Part shown: in pieces, positions 1-8,130 of the stretch
How positions within the stretch are numbered: the stretch's first letter is position 1
How the letters are laid out: each line of letters opens with the position of its first letter
NCBI GenBank assembly: GCA_027037615.1
Contig: JALVZN010000044.1
Span: 1 to 38,251, forward strand
Origin: a candidate division WOR-3 bacterium
GTDB lineage: Bacteria > Hydrothermota > Hydrothermia > B15-G9
Reading direction: 5' to 3'
DNA length: 38,251 nucleotides
The notes under the pieces: generated by a model
What the model saw: only the letters and a program-made list of their open reading frames with translations
Databases searched by the model: none
Told to the model about the DNA's origin: nothing
Translations under genes and position numbers: made by a program

Positions 1-1303
1 ACCATGTCCTCTGGCTCAGCACATGGTTAAGCCCGAGTATGTGCTGGCGGCCGATGTTGAGGGAATGGGGCTCCGCGAGAGGCTCATAGCGAAGCAAGTT
101 GGAGTAAATGCGGCTGTGGCGCTTCGAATAGAAGTTGGAGGATATGATCTTGATGGAAGATGTTGGCCTGTATGTGAGTTTGAAGCTCAGCGAATTCTCC
201 CAGTAAGGATTCATGTTGACCCATTTGCCGTCACCATGTCCGAGGTAAAGGCCGAGAACCGTGTCCGTCCTTGCATCAGTGGGCAGATAGAGGTTCCTTC
301 CGTAGATTGCGCCCTCACGCTGATACGACCTTCCGCCGAAGAAGAAGCTGAGTTTTTTGCCCATGACCGGCCCGGATATGCTCCACCTGAAATCGTTGAG
401 TGAAAATGGATTGAACACTTTAAACGGGTGGGTTGGGTTATCGTAATGCTTAGCGGCGAGCTCTCTGAACTTGGCGAGCCTTTCGGGGTCGATGGTGGTG
501 TCCGTTGTGTCGATAGCCTCAATCTTCTCCAGAATTGGGGACTGCGGCAGAACAAAGATCTCATCGTGGGTGCTCAGGTAGTCGCCCAATGCGGTTGTGA
601 TGTTACCGCTGAAACGGCTGCCACCTTCCTCCGTGACGATGTTCACAACGCCGGACATTGCGTTACCGTATTCTGCGTTGAATGTGCCGGCGACGAGCGA
701 CATCTCCTGAATGAGGTTGGTGGGCACCCTGATGCTCGTGCCAAGTCCATACGGGTCAACTATCGGGATACCATCGACGATGTAGAGGACCTCGCCGGAA
801 CGCCCGCCTCTCACATGGATCGAACCACCGGCATCGACTGTGATGCCAGCTTTCTGGGTAAGGATGTCGCCAACGCTCTCAACGGGCAGTGACTTCAGCT
901 CATCCTTGCTCGTTGTAATGACGCTCGATGTGACATCCTTTTTGACGATGGGCTCTTTTGCGGTAACGACTATCGCTTTTGCCTGAATTGCCTCAGGTTT
1001 CAGGCGGAAAACGAGCTCGGTCGTCTGGTCGGCATACACCTTCACATTCTTGATGACCATGTCCGCATAGCTGAGCATCGATGCTTTGACGGTGTATGTC
1101 CCTGGTGGAACATTGATTATGAAGAAGAACCCATCAAGATCAGTGGCAGCTCCCATGTTGGTTCCAACGATCATGACATTGGCGCCGGGGAGCGGCTCGC
1201 CCGTTTCTGCATCGTAAACATACCCCTTGATCTTGCCCGTCTCACCTGCAAAAACGGGTATGGCCACCAAAATAGCCCAAAATATTACCAGTAACTTACG
1301 CAT
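1..1303 (-). CDS. TonB-dependent outer-membrane receptor, N-terminal part; the gene continues beyond the window edge
   Basis: My own translation of the minus strand from ATG at 1303 gives MRKLLVIFWAILVAIPVFAGETGKIKGYVYDAETGEPLPGANV..., a signal peptide plus a CarboxypepD_reg-like domain. A plug-domain signature follows (SIHVRGGRSGEVLYIVDGIPIVDP). The frame stays open to position 2. It is absent from the ORF track, presumably because it has no in-window stop. A GGAGGG RBS overlaps the upstream stop codon. Confidence 0.85.
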   Translation of the reverse strand, partial: MRKLLVIFWAILVAIPVFAGETGKIKGYVYDAETGEPLPGANVMIVGTNMGAATDLDGFFFIINVPPGTYTVKASMLSYADMVIKNVKVYADQTTELVFRLKPEAIQAKAIVVTAKEPIVKKDVTSSVITTSKDELKSLPVESVGDILTQKAGITVDAGGSIHVRGGRSGEVLYIVDGIPIVDPYGLGTSIRVPTNLIQEMSLVAGTFNAEYGNAMSGVVNIVTEEGGSRFSGNITTALGDYLSTHDEIFVLPQSPILEKIEAIDTTDTTIDPERLAKFRELAAKHYDNPTHPFKVFNPFSLNDFRWSISGPVMGKKLSFFFGGRSYQREGAIYGRNLYLPTDARTDTVLGLYLGHGDGKWVNMNPYWENSLSFKLTYRPTSSIKIISSNFYSKRHSRIYSNLLRYEPLAEPHSLNIGRQHILGLNHVLSQRTW

Positions 1304-1312
1304 AGCACCCTC

Positions 1313-1888
1313 CTATGGCCTTGTGGTATCAACGCTAACTGTGTCAATTTTTATGATCAGAGAATCGAAATATGAGAGCTGAGCTGGCAGAACGAGATCC
1401 GGGACTGTAACTGTCTGGCCTTCCTGAACATCATACTCATCTGAGATGGTGGAGTCGTAGGTGATGGTCTCGACATGATAGAGGCTGTCTAAGAGGCTAT
1501 CGATAGTAGTCGTGATGATGAGCGTATCGCTGTCGTTCACAACAGTGTCGATGTAAGCGATCGTGGAGAGGACGGAGTCCGGATCCAGGTCTATCATCGT
1601 GTCGGTCTTGATAGGGTCGTGCTTGGCATATACCTGATAGGTCCTCGGGAAGACTTCGAGCGTGTATTCGCCAAGACTGTCTGTCACAGCCGAGGCGTGA
1701 TACGGGATAGTTCTCACAGATGCCCCAGCGAGGGGCGCCACCGTTGTATCACCTGATGTATCCACTACTGCTGCTTTTACAACACCGGTGATATAGCCAG
1801 GGGATGGGTTCTCTATCTTATCGCAGGCGGTATAGATAAGAAGGATAGAGAACCCAAGTAGGGTGAGCATTAGAGATGCTCTATTCAT
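1313..1888 (-). CDS. Small lipoprotein with a carboxypeptidase-regulatory-like beta-sandwich; function unknown
   Basis: Signal peptide plus lipobox (LLIYTAC). The segment GYITGVVKAAVVDTSGDTTVAPLAGASVRTIP...DSLGEYTLEVFPRTYQVYAKHD resembles a CarboxypepD_reg fold. An AGGAGG RBS lies 6 nt upstream. The stop is 9 nt from the TonB receptor start. Confidence 0.7.
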   Translation of the reverse strand: MNRASLMLTLLGFSILLIYTACDKIENPSPGYITGVVKAAVVDTSGDTTVAPLAGASVRTIPYHASAVTDSLGEYTLEVFPRTYQVYAKHDPIKTDTMIDLDPDSVLSTIAYIDTVVNDSDTLIITTTIDSLLDSLYHVETITYDSTISDEYDVQEGQTVTVPDLVLPAQLSYFDSLIIKIDTVSVDTTRP

Positions 1889-1912
1889 CCTATTCCTCCT
1901 ATTTGTGCCTTT

Positions 1913-1940
1913 ATTTTAAGGACGCCCCAATGGCAGTCAA
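1913..1940 (-). promoter_or_regulatory. Sigma70-type promoter for the lipoprotein/TonB-receptor unit (TTGACT-N16-TAAAAT)
   Basis: On the minus strand, TTGACT is at 1940-1935 and TAAAAT at 1918-1913, with a 16-nt spacer. It lies about 25 nt upstream of the ATG at 1888. Confidence 0.55.
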
Positions 1941-2053
1941 GAAAAAAGGGCTCAAGCGGTTGCGGCACTGAGAGTCGTAATTCAGCCATCACACAAATGC
2001 GGTGCAAATTCAGGAGATGTAAACACCTATCTGTCGCTAAATCCTTTGATTTA

Positions 2054-2082
2054 TTGCGTTTTTCAAGCTCCTGAAATATAAT
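2054..2082 (+). promoter_or_regulatory. Sigma70-type promoter for secD-secF-nadK (TTGCGT-N17-TATAAT)
   Basis: TTGCGT at 2054-2059, an exact 17-nt spacer, and consensus TATAAT at 2077-2082. It lies 37 nt upstream of the secD GTG start. Confidence 0.6.
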
Positions 2083-2118
2083 TGGCGGTTCCAGAAACAG
2101 AAAAAAGGAGGCGTTCGT

Positions 2119-3693
2119 GTGAAGAGCTTAAAGTGGCGTGTAGCCATCGTAGTGCTCCTGCTCGTCGTCGCTATCTGGACGCTTATTCCGACTATCCGCT
2201 ATTACACAATGAGTCCAGAGGAAAGGGCCAGAATGCCCAGATCGGAGCTCCTTGAGCTCAAGAAAAAGGCGATAAACCTTGGCCTGGATCTTCAGGGAGG
2301 TATGTATCTCCTGCTGGAAATCGATAAAAGCAAGCTCCCTGAAGGCATGAGCCTTGACAAAGCTGTTGACAGAGCTATCGAGATCATAAGGAACCGCGTT
2401 GACCAGTGGGGCGTGTTTGAGCCTACTATCCAGAAGCTCAAGAATGACCGCATACTCGTCCAGCTGCCCGGCGTCCTCGACCGTGACCGCGCGGTATCGC
2501 TCATCGGTAGAACAGCTTTATTGGAGTTCAAACTGGTGGCCGACGACAAGCTCATATCGGAAACCATCAAAAACATCGACAATGTCCTGAAAACGAGAGA
2601 GAAGCTGCAGGCCGATACCCTGATCGACACCACTGAAACCGAAATCGGGCCGTTCACAAGCTATCTGAGAAGTCAGGGAGCGAACATAGTTGTTCTGGAA
2701 GACGATGTGCCCAAAGTTGACAGCATCCTGAAACTCCCTGAGGTCCAGAAAGTCATACCTTCAGGATACGAGTTCCTCTGGGGCAAATCGGTCGAGATGG
2801 AAGGTCAGAAATACAGGCCTCTCTATCTTGTGAGGAAGAAACCTGAGCTGACCGGTGCCGCCATAAAGGATGCCCGTCACACCATAGGCAGCGGCGCTAA
2901 CCCACAGCTCGCCAACAAACCGATAGTTTTGATCGAGCTTAACAAACAGGGTGCGCGCAAGTTCGCCATTGTCACAGCGGCAAATGTCGGCAAACGCCTT
3001 GCCATAGTACTTGACAATGTCGTTCAGTCAGCCCCTGTTATTAGGGAAAGGATTCCAAGCGGCAGGGCTCAGATCACAGGTATCGGAAGCCTCGACGAGG
3101 CGAAAGAGCTTGCTATCGTGCTTCGTGCAGGTGCACTGCCTGCTCCTGTTAAGATCGTTGAGGAAAGGACAGTTGGACCAAGCCTCGGTAGGGATTCAAT
3201 TCACAGAGGCATCATCGCATTGATAATTGGACTGCTCTCTGTGCTTTTGTTCATGGCAATTTACTATAGCATGTCCGGCATAGTCGCAGATGTGGCGCTG
3301 TTGCTCGAAATGCTCTTCATCTTCGCTGCACTTGCCGGCCTTCACGCCACCCTGACACTGCCCGGCCTCGCAGGATTGATACTCACCGCAGGTATAGCCG
3401 TTGACTCCAATGTGCTTATATTCGAAAGGCTTAGAGAGGAGCTCAGAGCCGGTAAAGCTCCATCCACTGCCCTTGACGCAGCCTTCCACCGCGCAACAAT
3501 CACCATATTCGACGCAAACCTCACGACGCTGATCGCCGCAATAGTGCTGTTCAAGCTCGGAACTGGCCCGATCAAAGGCTTCGGAACCACGCTCTCGCTC
3601 GGTATCATCATCAACTTCATAACTGCAGTCTTCATCACCAAGATCATCTTTGACTACTTCGTTAAAATCAAAGGCACTGGCATTAAGATTTGA
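2119..3693 (+). CDS. secD: Protein translocase subunit SecD
   Basis: 524 aa with an N-terminal TM, a large periplasmic domain and a C-terminal 5-TM bundle (GLDLQGG, ...LPAPVKIVEERTVGPSLG...). GTG start with AAGGAGG 7 nt upstream. secF follows immediately. Confidence 0.93.
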   Translation: MKSLKWRVAIVVLLLVVAIWTLIPTIRYYTMSPEERARMPRSELLELKKKAINLGLDLQGGMYLLLEIDKSKLPEGMSLDKAVDRAIEIIRNRVDQWGVFEPTIQKLKNDRILVQLPGVLDRDRAVSLIGRTALLEFKLVADDKLISETIKNIDNVLKTREKLQADTLIDTTETEIGPFTSYLRSQGANIVVLEDDVPKVDSILKLPEVQKVIPSGYEFLWGKSVEMEGQKYRPLYLVRKKPELTGAAIKDARHTIGSGANPQLANKPIVLIELNKQGARKFAIVTAANVGKRLAIVLDNVVQSAPVIRERIPSGRAQITGIGSLDEAKELAIVLRAGALPAPVKIVEERTVGPSLGRDSIHRGIIALIIGLLSVLLFMAIYYSMSGIVADVALLLEMLFIFAALAGLHATLTLPGLAGLILTAGIAVDSNVLIFERLREELRAGKAPSTALDAAFHRATITIFDANLTTLIAAIVLFKLGTGPIKGFGTTLSLGIIINFITAVFITKIIFDYFVKIKGTGIKI

Positions 3694-3708
3694 TGCAAGG
3701 GGGCGAAA

Positions 3709-4797
3709 ATGATCAGAATTTTTGATAACCCAAATTACGATTTCATCGGCAAGAGAAGGATTGCGTTCCTTATTTCAGGAACACTCATCCTGATCGGCAT
3801 AATCTTCATGATCGTGAAGGGCCCGAAGTATGGTATCGATTTCACAGGCGGAACGCTCATCCAGATTCATGTCGAGAAGAAGGTCGATATAGCCCAGATC
3901 AGGCAGGCGGTTGCAAAGGCCGGCATAGCATCGGCTGAAATTCAGGATTTCGGCTCCCCACAGGACTTTTTGATCAAATACAAAGAGGACATCGACGCAT
4001 CAAAGGTCACCAAGGCGATAGAAAAGCAGCTCGGCGTCAAAGTCAGGCTTGATAGGAACGAAAAGGTCGGCCCTAAAGTGGGGCGTGAACTCAAGAAAAA
4101 GGCCATAAATGCCGTGCTCCTCGGACTTATCCTGATGCTGATTTACATCACCATCAGGTTTGACTTCGCATTCGGACTCGGCTCGGTGCTCGCATTGTTC
4201 CACGATGTTTTCATCACGCTGACCATTTTCTCCATACTCGGAAAAGAGATAACAATCGAGATCGTGGCTGCGCTCCTGACGATCGTAGGTTACTCGATCA
4301 ACGACTCGATCGTGGTTTCAGACAGAATCCGCGAAAAGCTGCGCACAATAGGCAAAAATGTCAGGCTCGACCACTTCATCGACATGGTTAACCGCGGCAT
4401 CAACGAAACGCTATCCCGCACGATCATAACATCCTTCACAACGCTTATCGTGTTGCTCTCGATCCTCATTTTCGGCGGCCCTGTGATATTCGACTTCGCA
4501 CTCACCCTGACGATAGGCGTGATCGTTGGAACATACTCATCGATCTATGTCGTTGCTGCACTCGTCGTTGAATGGAAAGCTTACCGTGAGAGGAGCAAGC
4601 AAAAGAAATCTACCGTGACAGCGACATCGAAGCCTAAATTCACTCCTCCAACATCCACGGCTACCACGAAAACGGAGCCTGCAAAGGCCGAACAGGGTGG
4701 TGCCACAACTGGAACTGCGGGACAGAAAACGACTGCCAAAACCACGGGACGCAAAAAGTCCAAAAAGGGCAAAAAGAAGAAAAAGAAAAGAAGGTAA
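3709..4797 (+). CDS. secF: Protein translocase subunit SecF with an atypical Thr/Ala/Lys-rich C-terminal tail
   Basis: The N-terminus and 6-TM core are typical of SecF (FDFIGKRRIAFLISG..., GIDFTGGT, YSINDSIVVSDRIRE). The last roughly 70 aa are low complexity and end in KKSKKGKKKKKKRR. Confidence 0.92.
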   Translation: MIRIFDNPNYDFIGKRRIAFLISGTLILIGIIFMIVKGPKYGIDFTGGTLIQIHVEKKVDIAQIRQAVAKAGIASAEIQDFGSPQDFLIKYKEDIDASKVTKAIEKQLGVKVRLDRNEKVGPKVGRELKKKAINAVLLGLILMLIYITIRFDFAFGLGSVLALFHDVFITLTIFSILGKEITIEIVAALLTIVGYSINDSIVVSDRIREKLRTIGKNVRLDHFIDMVNRGINETLSRTIITSFTTLIVLLSILIFGGPVIFDFALTLTIGVIVGTYSSIYVVAALVVEWKAYRERSKQKKSTVTATSKPKFTPPTSTATTKTEPAKAEQGGATTGTAGQKTTAKTTGRKKSKKGKKKKKKRR

Positions 4798-4800
4798 ATA

Positions 4801-5634
4801 GTGGTTCTCGGCGTTATTGCCAACCCACTCAAGCCGGAAGTTGTATCTGTTCTTAGACTTCTTGAGGAAAATCTTCGAGCTGGCGAGGCGGTCTTCGAGC
4901 AAAGCCTCGCCGGCTTTCTTTTATCGCCCGCCAATTTCCTATTCATACCAATGGAGCAGATGGGCTCGGAAAGCGACATCATAATCGTCATCGGCGGCGA
5001 CGGCACATTTTTGAGGGCGGCTCGTTATTCCCGCGGAAAACCGTTGGTCGGCATAAACATCGGCCGAGTTGGGTTCCTGACCATATTCAAGCCATCCGAA
5101 ATCCCGTCCGTGCTTGAGAGACTAAGAAACGGGGATTTCACCATCGAAAAGCGGATGCGCGTCGTGGCCCAAAGGAGCAACGGGCGGCAGTTTTTGGGGC
5201 TGAACGAGATAGCGGTCATAGCAACAGGGGCAGCCCGAATCCTCGAGATTGAGATCAGCGCCCACCAGCTTTCGCTTGCGAGGCTGCGTGCCGACGGCAT
5301 AATGGTGGCATCTCCGACGGGTTCAACCGCATACAACCTTGCCGCTGGCGGCCCGATAATCCATCCCCAAATGGATGCGCTTATCGTCACGCCTATATGT
5401 GCCCACACATTGACATTACGGCCTTTCGTCCTGCCGATAGATTGCAAAATCTTCATCACGGTGAGGTCAAGGGGTGGAAAGATACTGCTTTCAGCTGATG
5501 GTCAGGATGAAGAAAATATTGCAAATGGTGAGACTATAACATTTTGGGCGAAGCCGTCCGACATATCGATAGTAAAATTCGACGACTCACCCCAATTCTT
5601 CGAACTCCTCAAAAGAAAATTCCATTGGGGATAG
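4801..5634 (+). CDS. nadK: NAD+ kinase
   Basis: Motifs GGDGTFL, NEIAV and ADGIMVASPTGSTAYNLAAGGPI are present. GTG start 3 nt after the secF stop. Confidence 0.9.
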   Translation: MVLGVIANPLKPEVVSVLRLLEENLRAGEAVFEQSLAGFLLSPANFLFIPMEQMGSESDIIIVIGGDGTFLRAARYSRGKPLVGINIGRVGFLTIFKPSEIPSVLERLRNGDFTIEKRMRVVAQRSNGRQFLGLNEIAVIATGAARILEIEISAHQLSLARLRADGIMVASPTGSTAYNLAAGGPIIHPQMDALIVTPICAHTLTLRPFVLPIDCKIFITVRSRGGKILLSADGQDEENIANGETITFWAKPSDISIVKFDDSPQFFELLKRKFHWG

Positions 5635-6609
5635 TTTCTTCTTCTCTATCTCTTTGATAGCATGTATCCCATACTTCTCGAGGTTCTTCTGAAGCGCATA
5701 ATCGACTATGTATGGGTTGCCGTTAAAGGAAACGACGACGAATGAGTTTTCAGACAACCGCCTCAATGTCACCCAATACTTCTCAAACTCAATATTTATG
5801 TGGTTCAATTTTCCTATGATACTTTCAAGCTTAGAACAAAATTGGGTGATAAATTCAAGGATAGACCCTTTGAGCCCTTCTCCGAGCGCTCCTACAACTT
5901 TGCCGTTTGTTATGACAGCTCCCCAGTGAATGTCTCCGGGCAGCTCCATCAAAAGAATTTTGATGAATTGATCGTATGAATTCTTAGCTTCCTCCATCTG
6001 GCTGATTATCTCAAGCAGAAGTGAATCCACAGGAGCATCAATGGTGACCTCTGGCGGTTCAATACCTTCCTCGACGAAGTAGATGCCACCTTTCCACGAG
6101 AGCATCATGGAAAATGCCTCTCGGCCTTTTGTTCCTCCGACCTGAGCATGGAGTATTTTACCCTCCTTGAAGTAAACTACACCGGTAAAATCACCGGATA
6201 TTATCGTCAGGGCAGCAGAATGAGATATAACCCCGATGCTTTCAATGAGTGAAAGGAAATCGTGAGATTCGGATACTCCCCAGAAACGGGAGTTTTTGAC
6301 CATCTCCTCAAGGCGAGCTGCCTTACAGTAAAATCCTATCGGCGCAGATGTGCTCGAAAGGTGTTTGGTGTAGATTATGTCCATCTCCGGGTTAATTTCC
6401 TTGGCGATCTCTCGAATGTGATGCCTAACAGCATCGTGGAACCGTTCAAGGCCTATTATGAGGAGATCATATTTCCGATCACGCAACTTCTCTATGCCGC
6501 TCTCGATGGAATCCACACACTCACAGTTGGACGAGTGGCTTACAAGCCTATGCAACCATCTCGGCAGCTTTTCTTCTTTGCCTATGTATAGAACCTTCCA
6601 CTCATTCAT
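5587..6609 (-). CDS. Pseudo-receiver / DUF4388 / Roadblock-like fusion protein
   Basis: The N-terminal roughly 90 aa have a CheY-like pattern but lack the acidic pocket (VLYIGKEE instead of DD; DLLIIGLE with Gly where the phospho-Asp should be). The middle segment GDFTGVVYFKEGKILHAQVGGTKGREAFSMMLSWKGGIYFVEEG matches the DUF4388 signature. The C-terminal roughly 110 aa (GAVITNGKVVGALGEG...) look like Roadblock/LC7. Confidence 0.7.
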   Translation of the reverse strand: MNEWKVLYIGKEEKLPRWLHRLVSHSSNCECVDSIESGIEKLRDRKYDLLIIGLERFHDAVRHHIREIAKEINPEMDIIYTKHLSSTSAPIGFYCKAARLEEMVKNSRFWGVSESHDFLSLIESIGVISHSAALTIISGDFTGVVYFKEGKILHAQVGGTKGREAFSMMLSWKGGIYFVEEGIEPPEVTIDAPVDSLLLEIISQMEEAKNSYDQFIKILLMELPGDIHWGAVITNGKVVGALGEGLKGSILEFITQFCSKLESIIGKLNHINIEFEKYWVTLRRLSENSFVVVSFNGNPYIVDYALQKNLEKYGIHAIKEIEKKKLSPMEFSFEEFEELG

Positions 6610-6632
6610 GGGGAAATAATTATGTCCCCCAT

Positions 6633-6651
6633 CCCCTGACGAAGACAGGGG
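6633..6651 (-). other. Intercistronic GC-rich hairpin between the Roadblock gene and the DUF4388 gene
   Basis: CCCCTG (6633-6638) pairs with CAGGGG (6646-6651) across a 7-nt loop. It lies in the 56-nt gap between the two CDS. Confidence 0.3.
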
Positions 6652-6665
6652 AACATTTCTCTGGT

Positions 6666-7022
6666 CTAAACCAGATCTTTAGTGGCTTCTCGAAGAGTTG
6701 ATCTTGCAAGTCCGAGGTTCAACTCCGGACCACCCAATATAATGACGATGAAGTCACCGGCCACGACAAGAGCTATCTTACCGTCCTCTCCTTCCACAAT
6801 CGCCGATTTGATGTGTCCGGCACCTACCTCGGAAAGGATTTTCTTGTAGTAGGACACGGATTCTGAGATCATGCCAGCAAATTTCTCCTCGGAGATGTCA
6901 CCAGCGAAAAATTTGGATGCTATGACAAATCCATCGGTGTTGGCCACTGCAACACCGCGCACATCCCTCAGTGCCCCAAGGGTGTCAACTATTTTCATAA
7001 CCTTTTCCTCAAGCGTCGGCAT
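6666..7022 (-). CDS. Roadblock/LC7 (MglB-like) domain protein
   Basis: 118 aa. The pattern VRGVAVANTDGFVIASKF...GKIALVVAGDFIVIILGGPELNLGLARSTLREA is typical of Robl_LC7. An AGGAGG RBS lies 7 nt upstream. Confidence 0.8.
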   Translation of the reverse strand: MPTLEEKVMKIVDTLGALRDVRGVAVANTDGFVIASKFFAGDISEEKFAGMISESVSYYKKILSEVGAGHIKSAIVEGEDGKIALVVAGDFIVIILGGPELNLGLARSTLREATKDLV

Positions 7023-7051
7023 CCCAATACCTCCTGTTTAATTTCTCCAAA

Positions 7052-7080
7052 ATGATAATCATTTCGAAATCGCTTGTCAA
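7052..7080 (-). promoter_or_regulatory. Sigma70-type promoter for the Roadblock/DUF4388 pair (TTGACA-N17-TATCAT)
   Basis: On the minus strand, consensus TTGACA is at 7080-7075 and TATCAT at 7057-7052, with an exact 17-nt spacer. It lies 30 nt upstream of the ATG at 7022. Confidence 0.65.
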
Positions 7081-7112
7081 TTCAGCAAACCAACAACCAA
7101 TTTAGGCATAAA

Positions 7113-7129
7113 TTGAGACCAAATCTCAA
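7113..7129 (-). terminator. Weak hairpin just after the pfkA stop
   Basis: TTGAGA and TCTCAA form a 6-bp stem with a 5-nt loop. On the minus strand only TTTAT follows, so the stem is short and the U-tract poor. Confidence 0.25.
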
Positions 7130-7131
7130 CT

Positions 7132-8106
7132 TCAGAGAGACAATTTCCATGCGAGATCGTAAAGTTTTCTCTCGATTTTTTTGGGCTTATTTATCGCAAT
7201 GTCAAGAGGTTCGGTCTTTATCGACTTGCCCGATAGCACGACCATGACGCCGGCTTCGCCCCTGAGAAGGGCATAAACGGCCTCTGCGCCCATCCTCGAC
7301 GCCATCATCCTGTCAGTAGCTGTCGGACTGCCTCCACGCTGGATGTATCCGAGAACTGTAACCCTGATGTCGGTGTAGCCATGAGGTTCAAGCCGTTTCA
7401 AAAGGATGTCGCCAACCGAGCTGCCGCTGGCAACGCCTTCGGCCACAACGATCAGGACATGTTTCTTTCCCTTTTTCTTGGCCTCGATCACATCGTTCGC
7501 CAGTTTCTCGATCGGATGTTCAACCTCAGGGATGAGGACGATCTCAGCCCCGGTAGCTATGCCGACATGCAATGCGATGAAACCTGCCCGCCGCCCCATC
7601 ACCTCGATGATGAACACACGTTCAAATGCGGATGCCGTGTCCCGAATTTTGTCGATGGCGCTCACAGCGTTGTTAACTGCTGTGTCGAAACCGATGGCGT
7701 AATCGCTTCCGGAAATGTCGTTGTCGATCGTGGCAGGCACCCCAACAACCGGGAATCCAAAATCGTTGTAGAAATCGTAAGCACCACGGTATGAGCCGTT
7801 TCCACCGATGACAACCATCCCGTCGATCTCGTTCTTGCGCAGGTTCTCGTATGCCTTTTCCCGCCATTCGCGCTCAAGGAATCTCGGTTCGCGCGCAGTC
7901 ATCAATATGGTTCCGCCTCGCTCTATAATTCCGCCGACATCTCGTAGGTCAAGCTTCTGGAATTTGTTTTCTATCAGTCCTTTGTATCCCTTGATAACGC
8001 CAAACACTTCCAGGCCTTCGGATATGGCCGTCCTCGTAACAGCCCTTATGGCTGCGTTCATCCCCGGTGCATCTCCGCCGCTTGTTAACACCGCTATCCT
8101 TTTCAT
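7132..8106 (-). CDS. pfkA: ATP-dependent 6-phosphofructokinase
   Basis: MKRIAVLTSGGDAPGMNAAIRAV, PATIDNDI, EVMGRRAG and GYIQRGGSP are all present. Overall it is colinear with E. coli PfkA. Codon 103 is Asn (GGNGSY) rather than the usual Asp. Confidence 0.93.
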   Translation of the reverse strand: MKRIAVLTSGGDAPGMNAAIRAVTRTAISEGLEVFGVIKGYKGLIENKFQKLDLRDVGGIIERGGTILMTAREPRFLEREWREKAYENLRKNEIDGMVVIGGNGSYRGAYDFYNDFGFPVVGVPATIDNDISGSDYAIGFDTAVNNAVSAIDKIRDTASAFERVFIIEVMGRRAGFIALHVGIATGAEIVLIPEVEHPIEKLANDVIEAKKKGKKHVLIVVAEGVASGSSVGDILLKRLEPHGYTDIRVTVLGYIQRGGSPTATDRMMASRMGAEAVYALLRGEAGVMVVLSGKSIKTEPLDIAINKPKKIERKLYDLAWKLSL

Positions 8107-8130
8107 GATACCCTGAATTTTAAGGCATAA

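Noticed and set aside
23-892. Plus-strand ORFs 23-403 (126 aa) and 428-892 (154 aa) from the ORF track
   Set aside because: They lie entirely antisense to a much longer minus-strand frame with clear TonB-receptor plug and CarboxypepD_reg motifs. They have no RBS and a low-complexity, Arg/Gly-skewed composition typical of shadow ORFs.
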